Of a stretch of DNA of 32,000 bases, positions 1-8,052 are shown in pieces (positions within the stretch are counted from its first letter, which is position 1; each line of letters opens with the position of its first letter). Source of the DNA: Candidatus Nanobsidianus stetteri (GTDB taxonomy: Archaea; Nanobdellota; Nanobdellia; Nanobdellales; Nanobdellaceae); assembly GCA_000387965.1 (NCBI GenBank), contig APJZ01000001.1:126567-158566 (forward strand), written 5' to 3'. The position numbers and the translations under genes were made by a program. The notes below the pieces were generated by a model. The model saw only the letters and a list, made by a program, of their open reading frames with translations. It did no database searches and was not told the origin of the DNA.

Positions 1-1655
1 AAACAAAACAAGAATATATAATAAAAAGGGAAAATGCAAAAGTAATAACTAATGATATAACTGCATCATTTGATGAGGCATTAAATAAATATGAACATCT
101 TAGAGATTATGTTAATGAAATATCATTAAAAATTGGGCCTCCCGAATGGATGACTTCTCTAGATTTTTCTTTAAGATCTAGAACTGAATTTAATATATTA
201 TATCCTGTTGGAGATCCCATATTTATTCATATATATAAATTACCATCCGGAGAAGCATTATATAATGTAATAGAACCCGAATTAAATGATGAAGAAAAGA
301 AAAAATTAGATCGAATACAAACAAAAATTGTTAAATATGCAATAGAAGATATTAACTTTAATAATGTTGAAGAAGTAAGAAGATATATAATCGATCTATT
401 CAATAAGGTTATTGATTTTAAAAAGAAATTATTTTCTGATAAGGTATATATAAAAAATCAAGAAGAATATGATAAATTGTTATATTTCTTAATTAGAGAA
501 AGATTTGGTTATGGATATTTAGAACCATTTTTAAGAGATCCATATTTAGAGGACGTACATATATTGGGTTTAGGTCCTATTTATGTTGTACATAAAATAT
601 TTGGAATGCTTAAAACAAATAGAGTATTTAAAAATGAGGAAGATTTAAATAAATATATAATTAAATATTCACAAATAGTTGATAGACCAGCATCAGAAAC
701 AAGACCAATAGTTGATGCAATATTACCAGACGGATCAAGAGTTAATTTTATATATGGTAAAGATATATCTTTACATGGATCTTCATTTACAATAAGAAAA
801 TTCTCTGCAAAACCATTAAGTATAACGCAATTAATTTCTTTTGGTACAATTTCTCCCGAAGAGGCTGCTTATTTATGGTTGGCAATTGAAAATGGAATGA
901 ATATAGTAGTATCTGGAGAAACAGCATCAGGAAAAACTACATTATTAAATGCATTGACTACCTTTATTAAACCTGATGCAAAGGTTTATTCTGTAGAAGA
1001 TACACCTGAATTAAATATACCACATAATATATGGCAAAGATTGGTTACAAGGGAAGTTGGAAAAAGTGCGGATGTATCTATGTATGATCTATTAAGAGCA
1101 GCATTAAGATCCAGACCAAATTATATATTAATAGGTGAGATAAGAGGTAAAGAAGGATATGTAGCATTCCAGGCAATGCAAACAGGTCATCCAGTTATGA
1201 CAACATTCCACTCAGGTAATATAACTCAATTAATAGAAAGATTGACTGGAGATCCAATAAATATACCAATTACATTTATAGATAACTTAAATATTGCTGT
1301 ATTTACAACATCAGTAACGGTAAAGGGGAGATATGAAAGAAGAATAACAAATATATACGAAATAGAAAAGTATATTGCTGAATTAAAGAAAGTTGCTGTT
1401 AGAAATGTATTTACATGGAATTCTGTACAAGATAAACATATGTTTATTGGAAGATATAATAGTTATATATTAGAAAAGAAAATTGCGCCATTAATGAAAA
1501 TTGATGATAAAAGAAAAATATACCAAATATTAGATTATAGGGCTAAAATATTAAAAAAGATGGTTGAATATCAAATATTTGATTTCTTTGAAGTATGGGA
1601 AATATTGAAAAATTTCTACATAAATGGACCTTCATCATTACCATTTTCAGTATAA
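1..1655 (+). CDS. Type II/IV secretion-family hexameric ATPase (archaeal FlaI/ArlI- or pilus PilB-like), 5'-truncated by the window edge
   Basis: The track ORF is 150..1655, but the same frame (codons from nt 3) stays open to the window start, so the gene probably begins upstream. Motifs: Walker A SGETASGKTT, Asp box YSVEDTPEL, Walker B ILIGEIRGKE, His box GHPVMTTFHS. This is the canonical VirB11/GspE/FlaI motif set. Confidence 0.85.
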   Translation, partial: TKQEYIIKRENAKVITNDITASFDEALNKYEHLRDYVNEISLKIGPPEWMTSLDFSLRSRTEFNILYPVGDPIFIHIYKLPSGEALYNVIEPELNDEEKKKLDRIQTKIVKYAIEDINFNNVEEVRRYIIDLFNKVIDFKKKLFSDKVYIKNQEEYDKLLYFLIRERFGYGYLEPFLRDPYLEDVHILGLGPIYVVHKIFGMLKTNRVFKNEEDLNKYIIKYSQIVDRPASETRPIVDAILPDGSRVNFIYGKDISLHGSSFTIRKFSAKPLSITQLISFGTISPEEAAYLWLAIENGMNIVVSGETASGKTTLLNALTTFIKPDAKVYSVEDTPELNIPHNIWQRLVTREVGKSADVSMYDLLRAALRSRPNYILIGEIRGKEGYVAFQAMQTGHPVMTTFHSGNITQLIERLTGDPINIPITFIDNLNIAVFTTSVTVKGRYERRITNIYEIEKYIAELKKVAVRNVFTWNSVQDKHMFIGRYNSYILEKKIAPLMKIDDKRKIYQILDYRAKILKKMVEYQIFDFFEVWEILKNFYINGPSSLPFSV

Positions 1656-1730
1656 TTAATAAATTTTTCTTGAAATTAATTTAATTATGGATCGGTATTA
1701 AAAAGGCCAAAATTTTTGTTATAAATAATT

Positions 1731-3005
1731 ATGATGGATAAAAATATTATAAAATTACTTTTATGGAAAAAGCCAGCAATAGAAGTATTAAATGAAGAAA
1801 AAGCAAATAAAATAAATAATTTCAGACATTATATAGGATATGAAATATCTGGATATGTGCATTTAGGTACTGCAGTTGTATCAGGATATAAATTAATTGA
1901 TTTTATGAATTTTGCAGAAACAGAAGTATTTTTAGCGGATTGGCATTCAGTAATAAATAATAAATTGGGAGGGGATCCTGAAGTAATTAAAAGAATTGCA
2001 AGAGGATATTTTACTGAAGCAATGAAACAAACAATAAAATCTTTGGGTGGAGATCCTGATAAAGTAAAATTTGTTTTAGCATCAGAAATATATAATAATG
2101 ATTATTGGGCAGAAGTAATTAAAATTGGAAAAAATACTACATTAAATAGATTACTAAGATCTATTACAATTATGGGAAGAAAATATGAAGAATCAATGCC
2201 ATCTGCAAATTTAATATATCCATTAATGCAGGCTGCAGATATAATATTTCAAAAGATAAATATCGCACATGCTGGAATTGATCAAAGAAAGGCACATGTA
2301 ATTACAATTGAATATGCTGATAAAATAAATTATGATTTAATTGCAGTACATCATCAATTAATAACAAACCTACAATTACCATATGAAACATTCCAAAAAT
2401 TAAAATCTGGAAATATAAAAGAAGCTAAGGAAGAATTATCTGAACTAAAAATGTCTAAATCTATACCAGGTTCTGCAATATTTGTTCATGATAGTCCCTC
2501 AGAAATTATTGATAAAATAAATAAAGCATTCTGTCCTCAAAAAGAATTAGAATTCAATCCAATATGGGAAATAGTTGAATATTTAATATTTAGGGACCAG
2601 GAAGGTTATGGGATAATAAAATATTTATATGAAAATAATTTATATAAAATAGAAAATATTGAAAAAATAAATTATGATATATATGAAGAATTAAAGAATA
2701 ATAATAAGATAAATTGGAATGAAATATATAAAATAATTGATAAAGAATCCAATGAATTATATAAATATTCATATAAAGATATTGAATTTGAGATAATTAA
2801 TGAAAAAACTGGAGAGAGAAAAGTATATAATAATTTATGGGATTTAAGAAAAGATTGGATTGAAGGAAAAATACATCCACTAGATTTTAAGAAAGCTGTT
2901 GGAAAATGGTTAGCAAATAAATTAGAACCTGTATATAAATATTTTACTGAGGGATCTGGTAAGAAATATAAAGAAGAATTAGATTCTGTTAAGATCACTA
3001 GGTAG
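1731..3005 (+). CDS. tyrS: Tyrosyl-tRNA synthetase (archaeal type, with low-complexity insertions)
   Basis: Class I aaRS signatures: HIGH-type HLGT (GYEISGYVHLGT) and KMSKS (LKMSKSIPGS). Blocks matching archaeal TyrRS by eye: YIGYE.SG, YPLMQAAD, GIDQRKAH, FVHDSPSEI..KI.KAFCP, NPIWEI, HPLDFKKAV. TrpRS is not formally excluded. Confidence 0.8.
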   Translation: MMDKNIIKLLLWKKPAIEVLNEEKANKINNFRHYIGYEISGYVHLGTAVVSGYKLIDFMNFAETEVFLADWHSVINNKLGGDPEVIKRIARGYFTEAMKQTIKSLGGDPDKVKFVLASEIYNNDYWAEVIKIGKNTTLNRLLRSITIMGRKYEESMPSANLIYPLMQAADIIFQKINIAHAGIDQRKAHVITIEYADKINYDLIAVHHQLITNLQLPYETFQKLKSGNIKEAKEELSELKMSKSIPGSAIFVHDSPSEIIDKINKAFCPQKELEFNPIWEIVEYLIFRDQEGYGIIKYLYENNLYKIENIEKINYDIYEELKNNNKINWNEIYKIIDKESNELYKYSYKDIEFEIINEKTGERKVYNNLWDLRKDWIEGKIHPLDFKKAVGKWLANKLEPVYKYFTEGSGKKYKEELDSVKITR

Positions 3006-3039
3006 TTTCTTTTATAAATTTTTTTATCAATGATAATTT

Positions 3040-3375
3040 ATGAAGATAGACAAAATGATTAACAATTTAATCATGTTAATCGGTTTATATAGATTACATG
3101 CAAAAAAATTATTTAATAAAATTCAAGATAATGAGGCAAAAATGTTATTATTAATGTCATTTAAAGATAATGATATATTAAATATTTTGGAAGATATTGT
3201 TGATAGAAAGAAAATATTTGATGAATATATAAGGAATAATCAAATAAAGAAAGCTTACTTAGTATATAAGGATATTGAATATAAATATAAATTGGCTGAA
3301 TCAATATTATATAATAGAATTGAAGATTTAGTTAAAATAAGAGCTTTAGATATTGTAAAATCTAAAAAGAATTAA
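3040..3375 (+). CDS. Hypothetical protein (111 aa)
   Basis: Stop-free 111-codon ORF in a stop-rich AT background. K/N/I/D-rich, probably helical, with no motif I recognise. Confidence 0.5.
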   Translation: MKIDKMINNLIMLIGLYRLHAKKLFNKIQDNEAKMLLLMSFKDNDILNILEDIVDRKKIFDEYIRNNQIKKAYLVYKDIEYKYKLAESILYNRIEDLVKIRALDIVKSKKN

Positions 3376-3593
3376 TCCTTTCTCTTTACCTTATATAAAG
3401 GTATTTTTCCTTTATATGATAAATATACATAGACATCTATAACAATTAGTATTAATATAATTAACGTTGACATGTAATATAAATTTTTATATGGTAAATT
3501 AATTAATGTATTTGCTATTATTGCGATAACTATCAATGTAATTATTAAAGAAATATAAAGTTCGTATTTTGTTGCATACAATTCTTCTTCCAT
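3372..3593 (-). CDS. Small membrane protein (73 aa, two predicted TM helices)
   Basis: Two long hydrophobic stretches (LYISLIITLIVIAIIANTLI and STLIILILIVIDVYVYL) and a basic C-terminus. Overlaps the convergent 3040..3375 ORF by 4 nt. Confidence 0.5.
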   Translation of the reverse strand: MEEELYATKYELYISLIITLIVIAIIANTLINLPYKNLYYMSTLIILILIVIDVYVYLSYKGKIPLYKVKRKD

Positions 3594-3620
3594 TAATAAC
3601 TATTTTATAAAATATTAAAA

Positions 3621-3673
3621 AATCTGAGCTCAAGACCCTCATCATTTATCAGCCGATGAGTTTTTCTTCATTA
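3621..3673 (-). ncRNA. Candidate C/D-box sRNA (2'-O-methylation guide)
   Basis: The minus strand reads AUGAAGA (C-like, +3665..3671), 12 nt AAAACUCAUCGG, CUGA (D', 3649..3652), UAA, AUGAUGA (C', 3639..3645), 12 nt GGGUCUUGAGCU, CAGA (D-like, 3623..3626), then UUUUUU. The 12-nt spacers and 3-nt D'-C' loop fit archaeal C/D sRNA geometry. It is the only GC-enriched patch in a 564-nt AT-rich spacer. The terminal C and D boxes each deviate by one base (U to A) at the positions that normally form the U-U pair. Confidence 0.4.
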
Positions 3674-4088
3674 TAAAGATATTATAAAAAATTTATTTTA
3701 AAAATGATCGTTTATTTTCCAAATCAATATAATTATATTTATTTAGATAACATTTTCTTAATTTTATTCCTAAAGAATAAATATAACAATGTGAGGATAA
3801 TTCTTTTTATAATATTAGTATCTAATACTGTTAGATATTGAAGGTATTTTTATAGATATTTTATAATTTGTATTATAAAAAGTATTTATTTCCATTTTTA
3901 ATCCCATTAAATATTCTAATGCTATTTTACATCTAACCTTTAATAAATAAATATAAAATCTTTCAAATTTTTTCAAGACTATCCTTTATAAAGCTAATAC
4001 TTACACTTTGATCATGTCTTCTGTAATATGACGATAACGATTGATCTTTAATTATTTTGACTCTATGATTATAGATTTTTTAAAAATG

Positions 4089-4140
4089 TTTATTTATTAC
4101 AATTACATAATTATGGTATTAAGATAAATTTATAAATTTT
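4089..4140 (+). promoter_or_regulatory. Conserved promoter cassette, copy A (upstream element plus TATA box)
   Basis: tttatttattacaattacataattatggtattaagataaatttataaatttt. About 80% identical to the copies at 4970..5020 and 5699..5750. The TATA-like aaatttataaatttt is centred about 26 nt upstream of ATG 4158. Confidence 0.6.
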
Positions 4141-4157
4141 CTTATGTGATACATAGT

Positions 4158-4829
4158 ATGGACAGCCCACAACTAGATGAAAGATCCAATAAGTTAATAG
4201 ATATGTTAATAGAAAAGACTAACAATTTGCTAATAAAAAGTTATGCGGGGGATCTAAAGGAGCTGTTAGATAAACTTTATAGAAATGTACAAAAAGAGGG
4301 AGGAATATCTCATCCAAAAGAATACCAGGGAACAATAGAGCTTATACAAGGTAAATGTAAGATTACAATAAAAGTTTCTAGTGAAAACATGACATCTGAG
4401 TGTTATTCGAAATTAGAACCTTTACCCGATAAAATGGAATGTACCAGTCATGATACTATAGTTGGTTCTATATATAGGCAATTTAATGTTTCTAATTCCG
4501 TTCATTTAATGGAAAATATAAAAGACATAATTACAAATATGAGTAAAATTATATATTCGAGAGTATCTACGAATATAGATAACCAAAATATATCCATAAG
4601 TATAGCTTTTGTTAGGTATTTAACAACAAACAAAGAGAATTCAAAAGCATGTGAATTACGTAAATACAATAATATAGTCACCTTTGATGATGGTGAATTC
4701 GCTTTTACTATATTTCACCTTGATGACCTTGATAAAAGAATTGAAGAGAATAATTTATATTCATATAAAAAACATGCACGTACATATTTCGGAGATAATA
4801 TTTCATATAATAGAGGATGTTATATTTAG
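4158..4829 (+). CDS. Uncharacterised paralog family, member 1 (most diverged)
   Basis: The track ORF starts at GTG 4146. ATG 4158 (MDSPQ...) keeps the same 26-nt TATA-to-ATG spacing seen in the other two copies. Shares LPDKMEC, NQNISISI and DDGEFAFTIFH blocks with 5768..6361 (LPDKLEC, NQSITISI, KDGFYIRIYWH). No signal peptide or TM segment. Confidence 0.7.
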   Translation: MDSPQLDERSNKLIDMLIEKTNNLLIKSYAGDLKELLDKLYRNVQKEGGISHPKEYQGTIELIQGKCKITIKVSSENMTSECYSKLEPLPDKMECTSHDTIVGSIYRQFNVSNSVHLMENIKDIITNMSKIIYSRVSTNIDNQNISISIAFVRYLTTNKENSKACELRKYNNIVTFDDGEFAFTIFHLDDLDKRIEENNLYSYKKHARTYFGDNISYNRGCYI

Positions 4830-4969
4830 AAAATATAATGTATTGAATATAAGAATTACATAGCCACCTTTAAGTTTAAATTTTTTAGCTTTGTTAGATT
4901 TTTTATTTCAAAAATGATTACATTATTCTATAATTATTTGATTGCTAATTTTTATCTTTGATTTTTAAT

Positions 4970-5020
4970 TTTATTTATTACAATTACATAACTATGGCAT
5001 AATATAAATTTACAAATTTT
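4970..5020 (+). promoter_or_regulatory. Conserved promoter cassette, copy B
   Basis: tttatttattacaattacataactatggcataatataaatttacaaatttt. The TATA-like box at 5006..5020 is centred 26 nt upstream of ATG 5039. Preceded by the shared tatctttga motif and a T-rich terminator-like tagattttttatttcaa motif. Confidence 0.6.
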
Positions 5021-5038
5021 CTATATAAATATAATATT

Positions 5039-5656
5039 ATGTACAATCGGCAATCATATAAAAGTTATGAAAAAACATATGATTTATTAGAAAAAAATAA
5101 GAAATTGGAACTAGAATATCCTATAAGAGAAATAAGGGGCTTATTTTACTTGATATCTAAACATATACAAGAAAATGCTAATTTACCCAAAATAGAAAGA
5201 CTTACTGCAGTAATAGATTTATATTGCAATATGCACAATGAACCTACGTCGTGTATATATGATACTAAAATGGACATCTATAATGATAAATATAAACTAA
5301 TTGGCTGTTCTTCAAAAAAACAAGATGAATCTTATGAAATTAAATGCACTAATTATAATGATATATCATTTATTGATTTATCTAATTCTCCTCAAATCAC
5401 TTATTCTCTAGAAGGTATAAAATATTTAATTCTAAGTGCATATAATACATTGTATCCAGGAATACTAATAGATATGAGTGAGCGAGGTAATCAATATATA
5501 GATATAATCACAAAAGTTTCTATGAATTTAAACAATTCAACAAACGAGAATCCAAAAATGTTTGTAGATAATAATTTATTTATTTTTAACAGTGATGGAT
5601 TTATTATTGAGATATTTTGGGAATTTTATCACAGTCCTAAGCTATATCTATTTTAG
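5039..5656 (+). CDS. Uncharacterised paralog family, member 2
   Basis: 205 aa. Aligns by eye along its whole length with 5768..6361: MY..., LLEK..K..LEY.I.E, LYC...(8-9 aa)...C.YD.K..IYN, C.NY.D, SN, Y.EG, AYPG.L, DNN, DGF.I.I.W. Four conserved Cys. Confidence 0.75.
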   Translation: MYNRQSYKSYEKTYDLLEKNKKLELEYPIREIRGLFYLISKHIQENANLPKIERLTAVIDLYCNMHNEPTSCIYDTKMDIYNDKYKLIGCSSKKQDESYEIKCTNYNDISFIDLSNSPQITYSLEGIKYLILSAYNTLYPGILIDMSERGNQYIDIITKVSMNLNNSTNENPKMFVDNNLFIFNSDGFIIEIFWEFYHSPKLYLF

Positions 5657-5698
5657 CCTTTATAGATTTTTTATTTCAATTTATCTTTGACTTTATAA

Positions 5699-5750
5699 TT
5701 TTGTTTATTACAATTGCATAACTAGGATATAAGACAAATTTACAAATTTT
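5699..5750 (+). promoter_or_regulatory. Conserved promoter cassette, copy C
   Basis: ttttgtttattacaattgcataactaggatataagacaaatttacaaatttt. The TATA-like box at 5736..5750 is centred 25 nt upstream of ATG 5768. Confidence 0.6.
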
Positions 5751-5767
5751 TTATATAGTATAATATT

Positions 5768-6361
5768 ATGTATGATCAACCAGCAGATAAAAGTTCTGAA
5801 GGAAAATCCGAGTTATTAGAAAAAATTGATAAATGGTTACTAGAATATGATATAAAAGAACTAAAGAACTCATTAAATGAAATAGTTGAAAATATAAAAG
5901 AAAGGGTTGGTATATCTAAAATAGAAGGATCATACACATCCATAAGTTTATATTGCTGTAACAGAGATAATGGACGTATGTGGTGTAAATATGATAGTAA
6001 AATAGAAATTTATAATAAAGGCAAAAAAATTAGTTGTGAACCAAACATACCATTCTTACCCGATAAACTTGAATGTATTAATTATAGGGATAAGTCATTA
6101 TTTGAGATATCCAATTTACGTGACAAACTTTCTTACATAGAAGGTAAAATTCTAGATATACATAAAACAGCATATCCAGGAGTACTTATGAATTTAGGTA
6201 ATCAATCGATAACTATATCCATAGATACTTACATAGATTCCAAACAAGAGACAAAAAAAGCGAATTCAAAAATAATTAAAGATAATAATTCACTTATTTA
6301 TGAAAAAGATGGTTTTTATATTAGAATATATTGGCACACTGACGAACCATGTAAGTCCTAA
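5768..6361 (+). CDS. Uncharacterised paralog family, member 3
   Basis: 197 aa, homologous to 5039..5656 and more distantly to 4158..4829 (blocks listed there). Followed by a fourth copy of the T-rich motif ttagatttttatttcaaaaatt at about 6378. Confidence 0.75.
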   Translation: MYDQPADKSSEGKSELLEKIDKWLLEYDIKELKNSLNEIVENIKERVGISKIEGSYTSISLYCCNRDNGRMWCKYDSKIEIYNKGKKISCEPNIPFLPDKLECINYRDKSLFEISNLRDKLSYIEGKILDIHKTAYPGVLMNLGNQSITISIDTYIDSKQETKKANSKIIKDNNSLIYEKDGFYIRIYWHTDEPCKS

Positions 6362-6502
6362 CTATTTTTAACTTTATTTAGATTTTTATTTCAAAAATTA
6401 TTTCTAGAAAATTATAAAAATTCTTAATTGATAATTTTGTAAAATATTTAATAAAATGTTTATGAAATTAATTGATAACAATACATTATATAATTCTTAT
6501 AT

Positions 6503-7831
6503 TCAATACATTATATTTTCTAACTCTTTTAAATCAAATAAATATGTTTTATCTTCTTTAATTTTTTCTTTAAAACTTTTTGCAAATATTATATAATATT
6601 TATTTTTTATATCTAAATTTATATATTCAGATTTTTCCTTTAAATTTTCCAATATTTCTTTTGTATTTATATTATCATAATACTTACATTCTATTAAATA
6701 TATATCTTTTGTATTTTCATTATATGCAACTAGATCTATTTCTTTATCTTTATACCACCATTTTCCAATTTTTGTAAATTTAAATAATTTGCTTTTTATT
6801 AAAAATTGTTTTGCTATATCTTCAAAGACATATCCTAAATATCTATTATAATCTCTTTTAATATCATTAATATCAAATATACCTTCTTCTATAGAACTTA
6901 AATTTGGATAAATATATCTAAACCAAAATCTAATAAAGTTATCATTTATATAATATCTACCTGCTCTAGAATTTATTTTTTGATCTATTGGAACAATTCT
7001 TTTTATTAATTCTACTTCAATTAAATTTTTTAAATATGGACTTAAATCTGTTCTCTCAACCTTTATATAATCTTTAATTTCTTTTATAGTATTTTTACCA
7101 AATGATATAGCTTCTAAAATTGATTTATATAAACTCGGACTTTCAAATTCATATCTCATCAAAAAATCTACTTCATCTAATATAAATGTTTTCTCTTTTA
7201 ATTCTTTATCTAACCAATCCCAAAAATTTCCATTTATTTTTGATAAATAATAAGGATTTCCATCAGCAAATCCATATATTTCTATTAATTCTAAAATATT
7301 TTTATCTGGGAAAAATTCTCTTAAATCAAAGAAGGATATTGGTTTTAATTTATATGATAATGTTTTCCTACCATATAAAGGACTTTTATAACCTAAAACT
7401 TTTGATTTTATCATTGATATTGAAGATCCAATTATTATTAATTTTATTCTAGAATTTTTTAATATATTATCAACGATATTTTGGAAAATAATTAATATAT
7501 TTTTATCTTCTTTTATTAAATTTTGAAATTCATCTATAATTATAACATCTACTTTATCTTTTAAAAAATCAAACAATACTTCCCAATCTTTTTTATATTT
7601 ATTTAATTCTGGAAAATAATTTAAGCATAAATTATAAAATCTATCCAAATTATTCTTTTCTAAAGCTAAATAATATATTCTCTTCATTTTTTCTGTGGCT
7701 TTTAATACTAATTCTGTTTTTCCAATTCTCCTTCTACCATAAATTATTATGAACTCAAATTTGTCACTATTTAAATATTTATTAAGCATGGTTAACTCTT
7801 CTTTTCTATTTTTGAAATTTTGTATAATCAT
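6503..7831 (-). CDS. Archaeal-ATPase-family P-loop protein with a DUF234-like C-terminal PD-(D/E)xK nuclease-fold domain
   Basis: Walker A IIYGRRRIGKTEL (G.RR.GKT is typical of the Arch_ATPase family). Walker B VIIIDEFQ. C-terminal KEIDLVAYNENTKDIYLIECKY gives D366-x14-E381-x-K383, as in the DUF234 module that usually ends this family. Confidence 0.8.
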   Translation of the reverse strand: MIIQNFKNRKEELTMLNKYLNSDKFEFIIIYGRRRIGKTELVLKATEKMKRIYYLALEKNNLDRFYNLCLNYFPELNKYKKDWEVLFDFLKDKVDVIIIDEFQNLIKEDKNILIIFQNIVDNILKNSRIKLIIIGSSISMIKSKVLGYKSPLYGRKTLSYKLKPISFFDLREFFPDKNILELIEIYGFADGNPYYLSKINGNFWDWLDKELKEKTFILDEVDFLMRYEFESPSLYKSILEAISFGKNTIKEIKDYIKVERTDLSPYLKNLIEVELIKRIVPIDQKINSRAGRYYINDNFIRFWFRYIYPNLSSIEEGIFDINDIKRDYNRYLGYVFEDIAKQFLIKSKLFKFTKIGKWWYKDKEIDLVAYNENTKDIYLIECKYYDNINTKEILENLKEKSEYINLDIKNKYYIIFAKSFKEKIKEDKTYLFDLKELENIMY

Positions 7832-8052
7832 AATTATACTAATTGTAATTATACATATATAAAGTTTATTATCATTTAACCTTCTTTGTATCTAAGAATA
7901 GAAACTTAATTTAAAGATCGTATACTTAAAAGAAAACTACAATCCAAAAATTACAGAATGAAAATAATTAAATAAAATTAATATAATGCTCCTATTATTT
8001 CATACTAAAAGTTAAGGAAAAAATTCATAAATGATTTATAAAACATAATATT

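Noticed and set aside
2590-2998. Track ORFs 2590..2772(-) and 2672..2998(-), antisense to tyrS.
   Set aside because: These are shadow ORFs opposite a well-supported gene. Their L/F/I/Y/S-rich low-complexity translation is typical of the antisense of K/E/N-rich AT-biased coding sequence.
3635-3669. Hairpin CTCATC-N11-GATGAG followed by TTTTTCTTC on the plus strand, read as an intrinsic terminator.
   Set aside because: No plus-strand gene ends nearby; the closest ends at 3375 and an opposite-strand gene lies in between. The same bases are better explained as the C' box and D' guide of a minus-strand C/D-box sRNA. It is kept as the alternative explanation under that finding.
4005-4024. Possible island-flanking direct repeat: actttgatcatgtcttctgt (4005..4024) versus actttgataacatcttgttt (11588..11607).
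   Set aside because: Only about 15 of 20 positions match in very AT-rich DNA, which is compatible with chance. There is no integrase or transposase to give it meaning.
4146-4157. GTG start at 4146 for the first triad member, as given by the ORF track.
   Set aside because: ATG 4158 preserves the 25-26-nt TATA-to-ATG spacing seen in both other copies. GTG 4146 would place the start too close to the TATA box for a leaderless transcript. The alternative is not excluded.
3594-4157. The 564-nt gene-free AT-rich spacer as a replication origin.
   Set aside because: There is no adjacent cdc6/orc1 gene, and I could find no repeated ORB-like elements flanking an unwinding region. I also looked for a degraded fourth triad copy and found only the short T-rich and atctttga motifs near 4040..4088.
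6580-7452. Track ORFs 6580..6777(+) and 7186..7452(+), antisense to the ATPase gene.
   Set aside because: Same shadow-ORF reasoning. They have no start context or motif, and the opposite strand carries Walker and PD-(D/E)xK motifs.
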